Both the position numbers and the translations under genes were made by a program. From positions 23,177 to 87,176 of IMG/VR virus record IMGVR_UViG_3300042992_001693: a stretch of 64,000 nt of DNA; one strand, 5' to 3'. Position 1 is the stretch's first letter. Every line of letters starts with the position of its first letter. This document shows positions 8,201 through 18,692 of this stretch, in pieces. This DNA comes from a virus. Taxonomy: Duplodnaviria; Caudoviricetes. The notes beneath the pieces were generated by a model. It was not told the origin of the DNA. It ran no database searches and saw only the letters and a program-made list of their open reading frames with translations.

Positions 8201-8365
8201 TTATTTTGTTAGTGATTGCGCTACAATTAAGCCTAAGTTGGATATAGCATATCCTCCCCACACTACTGCCCATGCATAATTTTGTTTATATGCATGAGCA
8301 ATGCATACACAAGTATATAGTATAAAAGCTAAAAATACAACTATATTTTCAAATGTTAACTGCAT
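8201..8365 (-). CDS. Small two-TM membrane protein (54 aa, not in track)
   Basis: MQLTFENIVVFLAFILYTCVCIAHAYKQNYAWAVVWGGYAISNLGLIVAQSLTK*. Confidence 0.65.
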   Translation of the reverse strand: MQLTFENIVVFLAFILYTCVCIAHAYKQNYAWAVVWGGYAISNLGLIVAQSLTK

Positions 8366-8420
8366 ATATGTTTAAATTGTGTGTTATAAGTCAAGTTCTG
8401 CTTGACCTGTTGTGCATATC

Positions 8421-9431
8421 TTAATCTAGTTTTTTATTAGTGAATTTTTTCTTATAAAACTCAACAGTTTCTTTTAAAGCATCGTCAAATTTTTTAAATT
8501 CTGATTTGTATGTCATTTTTTCTGATGCTATTGCGTATCTAAAATCATGTCCTTTACGATCTTCGACAAATTCAATTGCATCTTCAATCTTTTTATCACC
8601 GTTGTACAATATGTCAAGAATTTTTTTAATCAAATCTAAATTTGAATATTCAAAAGCTTCTGGAGAAGATACATTGTATACTTGACCAGACTCTCCTCGG
8701 TCGGCAATTTCAAGGATACACTTGTTGTGATCTTCAACAAAAATCCACTCTCTTACATTTTCTCCTTTACCATAAACTGGTATTTTTTTATCGTTTAATA
8801 AACTTTTAAGAATTGTTGGAATGAATTTTTCGTCATGTTGATTAGGACCAAAATTGTTACAGCATCTTGTAACAAGAATATCCATACCGAATGTTTGGTT
8901 AAATGCCAATGCTAGTAAATCAGATGCAGCTTTTGATGCTGAATACGGACTTCTTGGATTTAATGGTGTGCTTTCTAAAAATACTCCCTCGTTTGCTGGC
9001 AATTGTCCATATACTTCATCAGTCGAAATACAAATAATTCTAGCATCGGGATTATTAGTTTTCATGAATTCTAATAATTTAGAAGTTCCCACAACATTAC
9101 TAGTTATAAAACTAGTGGGATCATTTATTGATCTATCTACATGAGATTCTGCTGCAAAATGAAAAACATAATCAAATTTTGTTTTGTTTAAAATTCCATT
9201 ATAAAAGAAACTTTTATTACAATCTAGCTCACATATATCCATATGGATTTCTCTGTAATTATTATATTTTGAAAGTACCGAACCTGTTAATTTTCTGTGA
9301 CCAATTCCCCATTTATCAATATTAAATATATCAACTTTTTTATAATTATCATTAATATATTCTATAAAATTGCTTCCAATAAAGCCACATCCTCCTGTAA
9401 TTAGAACCGATTTTCCATTTAAATCAATCAT
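8421..9431 (-). CDS. rmlB: dTDP-glucose 4,6-dehydratase
   Basis: GGCGFIG, HFAAESHVDRSI, STDEVYG, YSASK, TRCCNNFGP, WIFVEDH. Confidence 0.93.
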   Translation of the reverse strand: MIDLNGKSVLITGGCGFIGSNFIEYINDNYKKVDIFNIDKWGIGHRKLTGSVLSKYNNYREIHMDICELDCNKSFFYNGILNKTKFDYVFHFAAESHVDRSINDPTSFITSNVVGTSKLLEFMKTNNPDARIICISTDEVYGQLPANEGVFLESTPLNPRSPYSASKAASDLLALAFNQTFGMDILVTRCCNNFGPNQHDEKFIPTILKSLLNDKKIPVYGKGENVREWIFVEDHNKCILEIADRGESGQVYNVSSPEAFEYSNLDLIKKILDILYNGDKKIEDAIEFVEDRKGHDFRYAIASEKMTYKSEFKKFDDALKETVEFYKKKFTNKKLD

Positions 9432-9493
9432 AAGAATAATTTACCACCCTATTGCAAATTGTCAATCTCGTTGTAATTAAATTAAATAATTTT

Positions 9494-9967
9494 ATGGAAT
9501 ATCAAGATGACAGTTTAGATGAAGTCGCTGATAGCATTATAGACCAACTTAAAAATCAGGGTCAAAATTTAAAAAATATTGAAAAAGATTATCCAGAACT
9601 TTCTCCAGAAGATGTCGATTCTTTTATTTTAAAATATGGATCAAAGGCTGTTATTGATCTTGCTGATGTACTGAAAGAGCAAGCGGATCTTGTAAAACAA
9701 ACAGGAGACGAAAAACAAGTACTGGCATTGGCTGAATTGGCAAAATCATTTCAAGGAAATTTAGAAGTATTACAAAAGAGAAGCATTGCAAATAATAAAA
9801 ATGACACTGCTGTAAAAATAAAACAAATGGATATTGATAGTAAAAAAGAATCTCAAGAACATGAAGAGATGACTCGGTTAACTATGAGCAGAGAAGAACT
9901 TTTTAAAATTATGATTCAACAAACAGCAGATGTTCAAAAAGAAAATAATAAAGTTATAGATATATAA
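9494..9967 (+). CDS. Putative terminase small subunit (gp16-like)
   Basis: Helical pattern ..G..AV.DLA.V....LA.LAKS....L.VLQK and C-terminal SREELFK resemble T4-like gp16; TAAATA at 9483-9488 supports the start at 9494. Confidence 0.4.
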   Translation: MEYQDDSLDEVADSIIDQLKNQGQNLKNIEKDYPELSPEDVDSFILKYGSKAVIDLADVLKEQADLVKQTGDEKQVLALAELAKSFQGNLEVLQKRSIANNKNDTAVKIKQMDIDSKKESQEHEEMTRLTMSREELFKIMIQQTADVQKENNKVIDI

Positions 9968-10888
9968 TTATTTTTTTATTCCCAGTTGACCAACGTTAGT
10001 ACTCAATTCATACTCGACATTTTTAGTTTCGGTTTCAATTTTCAAGCTGCTTTTTCTTCTTTCAAAAGAATCATAAATATCACCCATTAAATCAGTTTCA
10101 ACTTCTTCTCCGTTTATATCTACAACAACTCTAGAGTTTGATGATTTTGATGTGTTTTTAGATGAGTCGAATGAATTGTATGTTTTCTTATCATAAAATA
10201 TTCTATAATTTTCATCTTCTAAATATGTTTTAACTTTTGAAAAAATATCAGAACTTATCTGTGTCAATACATTATAAAAAAATCTATCACGAACACAATA
10301 AGTGCCATATGCTTGACTTTGCCAAGATCCTGAATCTTCAGTGTCTATTCTATCTTGAGGTTTTTTATCTATCAACGGCAATGTATTATCAATACAAGAA
10401 GTTGGTATCATACCACTTCTAAAAACATTTTCTGTTATTGTACTTCCTTCAATGGATATATCTTGTAAAAATTTTGGAATTTTATTATACACATCAACAG
10501 TTTGTCCAATCGGAGCTGATGAATTTGGAACTATGGTAACATTAGAATTCGTCACTTCTATATTTCCACATCTTCCCATTATATCTGGTATGTTTTTAAA
10601 ATATTTTTTATTTTTTGATAATTCTCTGGTATATTGACCCAATGGTCCTCCCAACAATTGATTTACATAATAACGAACGGTGAATATATCTAATTGAGAA
10701 CCTTCAGAATCTAGCTTGTTTATAAATTTTTCAAGTTGATTAAGTCCTAATTCATAAACTTTTTTAAATTCTTCCATGAATTCTCTATCCTTGGAAGTAA
10801 ACTCTGGAAATTCATTAAGATTCTTGATGTTTTCAAGATCTTCTTTTGTGAACTCTATAGCTCTTAATATTTCAACTTTATTTCGCAT
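9968..10888 (-). CDS. Hypothetical protein in tail/baseplate operon
   Basis: 306 aa at the end of the baseplate gene run. Confidence 0.6.
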   Translation of the reverse strand: MRNKVEILRAIEFTKEDLENIKNLNEFPEFTSKDREFMEEFKKVYELGLNQLEKFINKLDSEGSQLDIFTVRYYVNQLLGGPLGQYTRELSKNKKYFKNIPDIMGRCGNIEVTNSNVTIVPNSSAPIGQTVDVYNKIPKFLQDISIEGSTITENVFRSGMIPTSCIDNTLPLIDKKPQDRIDTEDSGSWQSQAYGTYCVRDRFFYNVLTQISSDIFSKVKTYLEDENYRIFYDKKTYNSFDSSKNTSKSSNSRVVVDINGEEVETDLMGDIYDSFERRKSSLKIETETKNVEYELSTNVGQLGIKK

Positions 10889-10900
10889 TGTGTTTATTTG

Positions 10901-12214
10901 TTATTCAGCATCATCGCTAACATTACTAGTTGGACCTATATATGTTTTTGTACAAAAAAATTGATTTCTATATAAATCAGCATAAAATATATGTTGAATT
11001 TCTGTTACCAACCATCTACCAAGTAATTTTTCATCACTTTTCCATTGTTCTTTTTTTGTTTTATATATATCTATGAATTTACCACTTTGTCTAAATGTAT
11101 CTCCCAAATTGACAAATGTCGCTTGTAAATTATAAAATATCAAAGCGGCATTCATTTCAGCTTCAATTATCTTAACACTATCTTCAATTTGAAAAGGCAT
11201 TCTATAATGCTTAAATTTCTCTGGTAATGTATTATTGAATACTAAACAGGGTTTTGGCTTACCACCTATTGAACTGAAAACATCAACAAACTTTTTCTTC
11301 CACTTGTCTTTTAATTTTTTAATATCTATTTTTTTAATTTTAGTTTCTCCCAAAATAGGATCATAACCATGCACTATTCTATTTACAAAAAAATTATTTG
11401 TAATATCATGAGATGGTGTTGAATATCCTATATTTCTACTACCCCCAATGTATGTTCCAGTCTCAGCGTCTGCAGGAGGGTTGTTTGGATTACTTGGATC
11501 AAATTCGCTGGTTAAATCTCCAATCGCAAAAGCATCCATTAAATTTTCTTTCTTTTTATTATCTTCAAACAATTTTGAAATTAATTGAAGATTGAATTTT
11601 TCTTTAGAATGATCCCATTGCAAAAATGCCTTTACATAAATATCATCCGCCTTTGCATAAAAAACTCGCAACAAATAATATACAAGATCTATATACCTCC
11701 AATTTAAAGGTGGTATGTATGATAATTCAAAATCTCCAGATTCCCAATCACCAATTTTATCTTCTCCTAAAAGTTCTTTAAAAATATCTTTTAAAATATC
11801 TCCAACTTTACCTGAAAATGTTTTTGCGTATGGTATTTTTTCTAAAAATGGTAATACTTTAGCATCAACTAAATTGAAAGTTTTAATATTTTCTAATCTA
11901 TTGTCGGGATATCCAGCATTATCATCGCTAGTTATACAAAATGTGTTTTCATATTTTTCTTTTTTACCATCTTTGGCTTTGAACATTATTTTAAATTTGT
12001 CTCTGCCATCTCCTCTTATAAAATATTTATTTTCTACAAAATCATAAGGGTTAGCAATTGATATTGTACCAGATTCAAACGGTTCGAATATATTATCAAC
12101 CAATGTCATTCCTTTAACAGCAGATTTCGTGAATTTAACTTCTTGACCATCCGAATTGGTCAATTTAAATTCACACTCAAATTCAGCATCGTTGATTTTA
12201 AAAATGTCAGCCAT
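10901..12214 (-). CDS. Baseplate hub protein (gp27/phage late control D-like)
   Basis: GMTLVDNIFEPFESGTISI N-terminus; C-terminal G.F....GRWLVTEIQHIF; lies next to gp53. Confidence 0.55.
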   Translation of the reverse strand: MADIFKINDAEFECEFKLTNSDGQEVKFTKSAVKGMTLVDNIFEPFESGTISIANPYDFVENKYFIRGDGRDKFKIMFKAKDGKKEKYENTFCITSDDNAGYPDNRLENIKTFNLVDAKVLPFLEKIPYAKTFSGKVGDILKDIFKELLGEDKIGDWESGDFELSYIPPLNWRYIDLVYYLLRVFYAKADDIYVKAFLQWDHSKEKFNLQLISKLFEDNKKKENLMDAFAIGDLTSEFDPSNPNNPPADAETGTYIGGSRNIGYSTPSHDITNNFFVNRIVHGYDPILGETKIKKIDIKKLKDKWKKKFVDVFSSIGGKPKPCLVFNNTLPEKFKHYRMPFQIEDSVKIIEAEMNAALIFYNLQATFVNLGDTFRQSGKFIDIYKTKKEQWKSDEKLLGRWLVTEIQHIFYADLYRNQFFCTKTYIGPTSNVSDDAE

Positions 12215-12612
12215 TAATAATGTCTCCCTCCGAAAATTGTAGAGTTAGTGATATCAACATATATGGAAGTTTTATATACAATTGGTATGTATGATATTTC
12301 CGTTCCTCCATTCACATAAAATGGTGCGCCATCGAATTTATCTTTATTAAGTAAATATATTATCCACCAACTTTTAATATCTCCATAAATTCTATATGAT
12401 AGTGTTGTTAGTGGTGTTCTAGCTTGTACATTATAAAATTCTAAAAATTGGTTTCCTAATGTTGGAAATTCTATCTTTTTAAGAATATTATATGTATAAA
12501 ATTCTTTATCATCTATAGATTGTTTGAATATTTTAAATATTCTTTCATAATCTTCGATGTTTAATGCGCTCAAAGATGTAATCTCATTTTGATATTGACC
12601 AGCGTCCACCAT
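12214..12612 (-). CDS. gp53: Baseplate wedge subunit gp53 (LysM-like)
   Basis: RTPLTTLSYRIYGDIKSWWIIYLLN. Confidence 0.75.
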   Translation of the reverse strand: MVDAGQYQNEITSLSALNIEDYERIFKIFKQSIDDKEFYTYNILKKIEFPTLGNQFLEFYNVQARTPLTTLSYRIYGDIKSWWIIYLLNKDKFDGAPFYVNGGTEISYIPIVYKTSIYVDITNSTIFGGRHY

Positions 12613-12613
12613 A

Positions 12614-13474
12614 TTATTTTACCTTTTCCATAAAGTTTGATGGTTCTGCTGTCAATGGTTGCAGTCCCATGTTTATTTCATATGCTTCGGGCATGATAAC
12701 TCCGTTGACCATTCTTTTAGTTCCTAATAAACGAACACTGAATGAACTACAGTAAGCCCATGGTATATAACGATATCCATATAATTTAGCTCTAAAAATT
12801 CTAGGAGGGTCCATTGATATGGCATCGTTTCTTTTGGGTCTGTTAATTTCAATTAATTTTTTAACCAATTCGTAATTTTTATTAAAATCAGAATTTAAAG
12901 TATTTGATAAAATAAAAGAAATATCCATCGCTCCTTCATTTGCAGAAGAATAATCATACATTTTTGGGGTTTCTATATATGACCCAGGGCTACCACCGCC
13001 CTTAAGACCTTCCATCAACGCACCCACCGCACCGCCTATATCTTTATTTTTAAAAGCACCTTCGGCTTTATTTATACCTTGATCACCGACCATTGCTGTT
13101 ATTTGAGTAGCACCTCCAATATATTTTTGAGCTATGGTATCTAATGTAGATCCTATGCCACCGCTTCCTCCAAATCCATCTTGGAATGTATCTCCAAATT
13201 GATTATTGAAACTTCTAGCTTGATCACTGAAATATGGAAAATAAAAATCGTCTTCTAATTTTGCAGATTTGTATAAATCATTATAAAATTGTTCTGCTGA
13301 TTTGTTGGCTACTTCTAAATAAGAAGTTAATCTATCTATAACTTGATTTGATACAATTCTATATGAACGCAATACCACTTTAGGAGCATCATTTCTTAAA
13401 GCAGCTCCTCTTGGTACACTCGTCCAATCATAATCTTTTACAACATTGTATTTACCCACAATATTATTTATCAA
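12614..13474 (-). CDS. Baseplate tail-tube cap/initiator (gp48-like)
   Basis: DISFILS...PPRIF...AYCSSFSV...PEAYEINMGLQPL tube-fold pattern; lies between TMP and gp53. Confidence 0.55.
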   Translation of the reverse strand: MINNIVGKYNVVKDYDWTSVPRGAALRNDAPKVVLRSYRIVSNQVIDRLTSYLEVANKSAEQFYNDLYKSAKLEDDFYFPYFSDQARSFNNQFGDTFQDGFGGSGGIGSTLDTIAQKYIGGATQITAMVGDQGINKAEGAFKNKDIGGAVGALMEGLKGGGSPGSYIETPKMYDYSSANEGAMDISFILSNTLNSDFNKNYELVKKLIEINRPKRNDAISMDPPRIFRAKLYGYRYIPWAYCSSFSVRLLGTKRMVNGVIMPEAYEINMGLQPLTAEPSNFMEKVK

Positions 13475-15915
13475 CCAAGAGCATATACACTCCCAGCATA
13501 TCCCATTCTATTATCACTTAATGATATTCTATTTTTACCACCATCTGACATCATAGGGATTGGTTGAGGAATAACAGATGCGCTACCACTTGAGCCATTC
13601 ATTCTTTTCATTTCTTTAAGTGTCAAATTACCGATATTGACAAGCGCTTCTAAATATTTACATTGATTTAAACTAGCATGTTCAATAATTTGAGCAACAC
13701 TTATAGCTTCATTGTTTTTAAATTCTGTTTGGTCATTTTTAGAATTTAGACCTTTTTCATTATTTGTTAATGTTTCATATTTGTTATTTGGAATTTCACC
13801 AGCTAAATTAATAATATCTTCAGAAAGTTTAACAAAGGCGTTAAGCATAACAGATTTAATATCGGGAATGATTCCTGAAAATATATCTTTTAAACTTTCT
13901 AAGTATGAAGAAAAAGAATCTGAAACTATTGGTTTTGCTGCATTAAAAACATCAACTATAATTGAACCAATACCCTTTAATGATTCTGATATTGTTGGTT
14001 TTGCTGCATTAAAAACATCAACTATAATTGAACCAATACCCTTTAATGATTCTGATATTGTTGGTTTTGCTGCATTAAAAACATCAACTATAATTGAACC
14101 AATACCCTTTAATGATTCTGATATTTTTGGTGATATTTTATCGAATGCGCTTGATAACATATTATATAAATTATCAACTCCCACAATCAGTGCTGATTCT
14201 ATTTTTGGTAAAATTAAACTTATTTGGTTTGAAAATTTATCAAATATATCACTTGTGAATTTTTCAAGTTCTGGAAGTATTTCGGAAAACTTTTTAAATG
14301 CTGCATCAAATGCGTTTTTACCTAATGTTTTCAAAGAAGAAAACATATCACTTGCAAGACTTCCAAGACTTTCAAGACCAGAACCTATAGAATCTGCCAT
14401 TTTAGAAAAGAATCCTTTGCTTTCCTCTTTTGGTATATTGTCATTTTTGTTTTTGGATGTTGGTTTAGGTGCGGAGACCGTTGCATTATCTCCAGTTTCT
14501 GCTCCAGTTTCATCCAATATACCAAACCATTCTAGAGGTTTTCTCAAGAAAGCTGGCAATTTGTGTAATTTACCTTTTATCCAATTCTTTAATCTATCTT
14601 TCCAACTTCCATCAGGAGATAATGATTTTTCATCTTCGGTTTCTCCTCCAAGTAACCAACCAGCTAACATATTGAAACCACTTACCAAAGGACCACCTCC
14701 AACAAAAGCAAGAACACCCTCTCCTAAAAGTTTAAATCCTTCTCCAATATTTCCACTTGTGAATGCATCCCACGCCATTCCAAATCTTTTTATGCCGCCC
14801 ACAATAGGCAAGTTCATAGCATTATCAGATATGTATGTTCCAATTTGAGATATCCATCCTTTGATAGTTCCCATAACTCCACCTTCATTTATTTGGGCTT
14901 GTTGTTCTTCTTTGCTTGCAGATAAAAATGATGATAACCATTCATATCCTTTTATTAAAAACCCACCCCCTGGTACAATGGATATTAATCCATAAACAGT
15001 CTGTTTTAATCCTTCGCTCCAATTACCAGATCCAAAAGCATCCCAAGCCATTCCAAAGCGTTTAAGTGATCCAACTATAGGTATATATAATGCATTATCC
15101 CATATCCATTTACCCATGTTAGATGCCCAGCCCTTGATTGTTCCCAGAGCATTAGCATTGCTTAATGCACCTCCTTCAGCAAATGTTCCTTGGGATTCTA
15201 AAAATGCTTTTAATACATCGACACCTATTGATAATATAGGACCAACAAATGGAACAAAATTAGCCAATCCGCTCACTATTTCAAGCAATCCTGGAATTAT
15301 TCTACCAGCCTTAAATTCTTTATAAGCGAAAAACAAACTAATTAATCCTCCAACATATGGAATTCTTTTTAAAGCTGTTAATGCAAATCTTTTCAAAAAG
15401 GTCGCGCCTAATAATTTCAACCCACCTATTAATCCAACCTTGCCTAAAACCTTCATTGCATCACCAGCAAATCCCACTTTTTCAAACAATGACGCTATTA
15501 AGGTAGGTATAGCTGCTCCAATTAATGCAACTCCACCGACAAGAGGTAATAAAAAGTCCAATAAATTAAAACCTTTTTTCTTATCTGGTGATACTGCAGT
15601 TTCTTTAGGTTTGTTTTGTCTTTCTAGTTTAGAAATTAATGTTTGTTGAGTTGTGTCTTCTTTTTGCTTTTTCTGATAAGCAAAAAAAGATTCATTAAAC
15701 AATGAAAATACTTCTTTTAGTTTTTTCTTATCAGATCCTGATAAAGAAGAATCTTCTCTTTTTTTACCAAGAGAAGAGTTATTAATATTATTATCTATTA
15801 AATTTTGTTGAGTATTGGGTACGCCTTTTTCTTCTTGAATTTTTTCAAGATTGTTTAAGATTCGACCTATTGTTACTATGATATCACCTAGCTCCACATA
15901 ATTATTTAGGATCAA
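13471..15915 (-). CDS. Tape measure protein (gp29-like)
   Basis: 814 aa; Gly/aromatic amphipathic repeats (IPIVG.lKRFGMAWDAF.SGN twice), 22-aa tandem repeats, hydrophobic segments; located among baseplate hub genes. Confidence 0.7.
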   Translation of the reverse strand: MILNNYVELGDIIVTIGRILNNLEKIQEEKGVPNTQQNLIDNNINNSSLGKKREDSSLSGSDKKKLKEVFSLFNESFFAYQKKQKEDTTQQTLISKLERQNKPKETAVSPDKKKGFNLLDFLLPLVGGVALIGAAIPTLIASLFEKVGFAGDAMKVLGKVGLIGGLKLLGATFLKRFALTALKRIPYVGGLISLFFAYKEFKAGRIIPGLLEIVSGLANFVPFVGPILSIGVDVLKAFLESQGTFAEGGALSNANALGTIKGWASNMGKWIWDNALYIPIVGSLKRFGMAWDAFGSGNWSEGLKQTVYGLISIVPGGGFLIKGYEWLSSFLSASKEEQQAQINEGGVMGTIKGWISQIGTYISDNAMNLPIVGGIKRFGMAWDAFTSGNIGEGFKLLGEGVLAFVGGGPLVSGFNMLAGWLLGGETEDEKSLSPDGSWKDRLKNWIKGKLHKLPAFLRKPLEWFGILDETGAETGDNATVSAPKPTSKNKNDNIPKEESKGFFSKMADSIGSGLESLGSLASDMFSSLKTLGKNAFDAAFKKFSEILPELEKFTSDIFDKFSNQISLILPKIESALIVGVDNLYNMLSSAFDKISPKISESLKGIGSIIVDVFNAAKPTISESLKGIGSIIVDVFNAAKPTISESLKGIGSIIVDVFNAAKPIVSDSFSSYLESLKDIFSGIIPDIKSVMLNAFVKLSEDIINLAGEIPNNKYETLTNNEKGLNSKNDQTEFKNNEAISVAQIIEHASLNQCKYLEALVNIGNLTLKEMKRMNGSSGSASVIPQPIPMMSDGGKNRISLSDNRMGYAGSVYALG
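13931..14125. repeat. Three near-perfect 66-bp tandem repeats in the tape measure gene
   Basis: Units start at 13931, 13997 and 14063; encode PTISESLKGIGSIIVDVFNAAK. Confidence 0.95.
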
Positions 15916-16649
15916 GCATCAAAGAATGCGACATCAATATCAATTTGGTGAACTTCTCCATCAATTTCAACTTTAAGAACTTCAACTTCTTTTTGCTTTA
16001 TATCTTGTATAAATTCAATAATTTGTTTGTTTATAGATAAAGGAAGATTGTTTACAATTTTGATACGATCTCTTACTGAAATTTCAGAAAATTGAACAGT
16101 ATCTTCTCCAACGGTGAGTGATTTTATATATTTTACAAGTTCATATGTATATATTTCGCTCAAACTCTTACCGACATCTTTATCAGCTTCTTTTTTGAGA
16201 ACATCAACACATGTCGAAATGACTTGATTTTCTGCTGTTAATGTCGGTACTTCTAAATCTATTTCAATACCTCCTGTAATTTTCTTGTTTAATGTATGTT
16301 TAATTTTTTTCAATTGCTCGACTACACCATTAAGCACATCGTATTGTTTATTTGAAATTTTTATAAAACTTCCCATACTATCAATTCTTAATTGAATTAC
16401 AATTAATAATTTATCTATAATTTTTAAATCTTTATTATTGGTATTTTCAATAATAATATCATTTAGATTTTTTTGGAATTTTAATGGACCTACGATACCA
16501 TCAGTTATTGTTGATATAATGTCTTTTTGTTGTTTGAATGTTAAAGATTCAGAATCTATTTTTTTACCAGTTGATAAAACATCAACTTTTATTTTATCAT
16601 CTTTTAATTGTTCGATTTTATCAAGGAAGTTTTTTACATTATCGTCCAT
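15912..16649 (-). CDS. Baseplate hub assembly protein (gp26-like)
   Basis: LTFKQQK...IDKLLIVIQLRIDSMG pattern; lies upstream of TMP. Confidence 0.55.
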   Translation of the reverse strand: MDDNVKNFLDKIEQLKDDKIKVDVLSTGKKIDSESLTFKQQKDIISTITDGIVGPLKFQKNLNDIIIENTNNKDLKIIDKLLIVIQLRIDSMGSFIKISNKQYDVLNGVVEQLKKIKHTLNKKITGGIEIDLEVPTLTAENQVISTCVDVLKKEADKDVGKSLSEIYTYELVKYIKSLTVGEDTVQFSEISVRDRIKIVNNLPLSINKQIIEFIQDIKQKEVEVLKVEIDGEVHQIDIDVAFFDA

Positions 16650-16670
16650 TCTTCTATTTACAAAATTGTA

Positions 16671-17396
16671 TTAAAAATCAAGCGATGGTAAGTTTTTTTG
16701 TTGAGATTCTATTTCATCACTATATTTCTTTATATAAAAATTTACATCTTTTACATCAGAATTCATTAAAATATCAGCACTTATTCTTTTAGATATAAAA
16801 AATATAACATCTTGAAAATATTCTTTTGAATAATTTCCAAAAAGACTTTTTAAAAATAAAAATGGGTCGTTTGTATAAAAATTCAATTTAATATTTTCCA
16901 AAGCTTTATTTTCAAGTTTAAAAATTTTTGTTTTATCTTTTGATAAAATGTCTATCAAATTTGAAAATATTTTAGCTGGTAATTTATCAATAACCATTTT
17001 TTTATCATAAAAACTTAAATCTGATAAATTTAATGATACATTAGAAATGTTGATATTTTTTATAAGATTATATATCGGCATATTACCACCATCATATACA
17101 AAAGTGTTAGCTAATTGCAATTCGCAATTAAAATCATCATTTTCAAAATATAAACCGCTTTCTATTTCATCAGATAATTCATTTAATAAATAAGATATTT
17201 GAAGATTTAGTTGTTTTCCATTGGGATTGAAAGTTAATGTATCATTCACATGATATTCCCAAAATTTCAATATGGTTTTGAATTTTTGATATACATTATC
17301 TCCTTCAAATTCATTAAAAAAATCACAAAGTTTTTGATTTTGATTTGTATCTATAATTTCTGCGACTTCTTTTAATTTTAAAAAAGTTAGTCTCAT
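16671..17396 (-). CDS. Baseplate hub assembly protein (gp26/gp51-like)
   Basis: C-terminal YFQDVIFFI...LMN...NFYI..Y.DEIE resembles gp51; position in the hub cluster. Confidence 0.45.
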   Translation of the reverse strand: MRLTFLKLKEVAEIIDTNQNQKLCDFFNEFEGDNVYQKFKTILKFWEYHVNDTLTFNPNGKQLNLQISYLLNELSDEIESGLYFENDDFNCELQLANTFVYDGGNMPIYNLIKNINISNVSLNLSDLSFYDKKMVIDKLPAKIFSNLIDILSKDKTKIFKLENKALENIKLNFYTNDPFLFLKSLFGNYSKEYFQDVIFFISKRISADILMNSDVKDVNFYIKKYSDEIESQQKNLPSLDF

Positions 17397-17406
17397 ATTA
17401 TATTAA

Positions 17407-18003
17407 TTATAACTGTTCGTAATTTTGACAAGCAAATGTTATAGATTTTATTTTAAAATCGGTATTGTCGTAATTTAAAGTAAATCCTTCAACCGCTGTC
17501 GGAAATGCTTTTTTAAATCTAAATCCTTTTCTAAATTGACCTTTGTTTGTATATTGTTTAATTTCAACCGTTCCTTTTAAACTAGAACCAGTTTCAACCA
17601 ATCCTTTGATGCCCAATGCTATCATCCAAGGTCTGAAATAATTATGTTCTAAATCTTGATTGGTTTCTAATATATTAATAGTAACATTTCTGCTTAAAAA
17701 ATCACTTCTAGATTCTAAACCATAACCAGGTAAAAAACCTCCAGTATTACCCATGCTCATAGGCGTAAATGAAGATGACTCGTTTGGTAATTGAACTTCT
17801 TGAGCTACCAACAAATTACCATTTTTAATCATATCTCTAGGAGACATTTTAGCTTGCCATTTTTCACCAGCTCGTGATAATACTGAATTTATAGATCCTG
17901 TACCTACACCATCAACAGTAACTGTCCAAAAAACAGGGAGACTAAGGCAAAACTTAGACTCCCTGCTAAAAGCATTTAAAAAATCATTTATCTGTACGCC
18001 CAT
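17407..18003 (-). CDS. Tail tube-fold protein (gp54/gp19-like)
   Basis: VQLPNES...VTINILET...YFRPWM...EIKQY...AFPTAV...ITFACQNY. Confidence 0.6.
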   Translation of the reverse strand: MGVQINDFLNAFSRESKFCLSLPVFWTVTVDGVGTGSINSVLSRAGEKWQAKMSPRDMIKNGNLLVAQEVQLPNESSSFTPMSMGNTGGFLPGYGLESRSDFLSRNVTINILETNQDLEHNYFRPWMIALGIKGLVETGSSLKGTVEIKQYTNKGQFRKGFRFKKAFPTAVEGFTLNYDNTDFKIKSITFACQNYEQL

Positions 18004-18024
18004 AGATATATTTAGGCGAATGGA

Positions 18025-18597
18025 TTAAACGCTAAAATCTTTATAAAAATGATAACTAAATGTAGATGTGAATGATACAATTTCACCAGTGCCTTCAGCA
18101 ATGTTATAAGTTAAATCTCCGATTTGTCTTATACCAACGCCGATTAATTGTATAGTTTTAACGATTTGTAAAGGTTGTCCGCTTGTAGCACCTGATTCTC
18201 TTGTGCAAGGAATTGAAAGAACATCAAGAGTGAGTGTGCTTTCTGGTCCTGGCATACATAAGTTAGCAGTTGTATCTTCGTTATTAAATGCCACTCTGGA
18301 TGCTTTTTCAAGTTTAGTTCTTAAATCAAGATTTTGATCACAATAAAAATCTATACTATAACCTTCAGCATTTGCATAAGTTGCTCTTCCACCAAGGTTA
18401 AATTGCTGACCTGCATAGCTCACAGTCTTATTTTCGATTGTTCTTCCTGGAAGAATACCTGACTTAGCATAAATCAAATCAGTTTCTCCATTCAAGTTGA
18501 GACCTGGGAGTGTGATTTGTTTTATTCTAAAAAGGAAATCTCTTGAGAATTGTTTTTGTGCGGCTTGCGAAAAGAAGGTTTCAATATTTGCTGGCAT
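18025..18597 (-). CDS. gp19: Tail tube protein (gp19-like)
   Basis: FSRDFLFRI...AKSGILPGRTI...YSIDFYCD...FTSTFSY; follows the sheath gene; TAAATA upstream. Confidence 0.7.
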   Translation of the reverse strand: MPANIETFFSQAAQKQFSRDFLFRIKQITLPGLNLNGETDLIYAKSGILPGRTIENKTVSYAGQQFNLGGRATYANAEGYSIDFYCDQNLDLRTKLEKASRVAFNNEDTTANLCMPGPESTLTLDVLSIPCTRESGATSGQPLQIVKTIQLIGVGIRQIGDLTYNIAEGTGEIVSFTSTFSYHFYKDFSV

Positions 18598-18692
18598 GTA
18601 ATTATTTAGTCTAGACGCAATAAAAAATGAAATACTATAAAAATTTTAATAGATATTATTGATTTACTGCGGCTATTTCACTAAATAATTAA

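Noticed and set aside
8312-8340. Sigma70-like TTGTAT-N17-TATACT on the minus strand, and a CATGCATA hairpin at 8271-8296
   Set aside because: Both fall inside the 8201..8365 membrane-protein CDS in AT-rich DNA; probably chance, though an internal promoter is not excluded
13712-14848. 378-aa plus-strand ORF
   Set aside because: Antisense shadow of the tape measure gene; its repeats mirror the TMP repeats and it has no independent motifs
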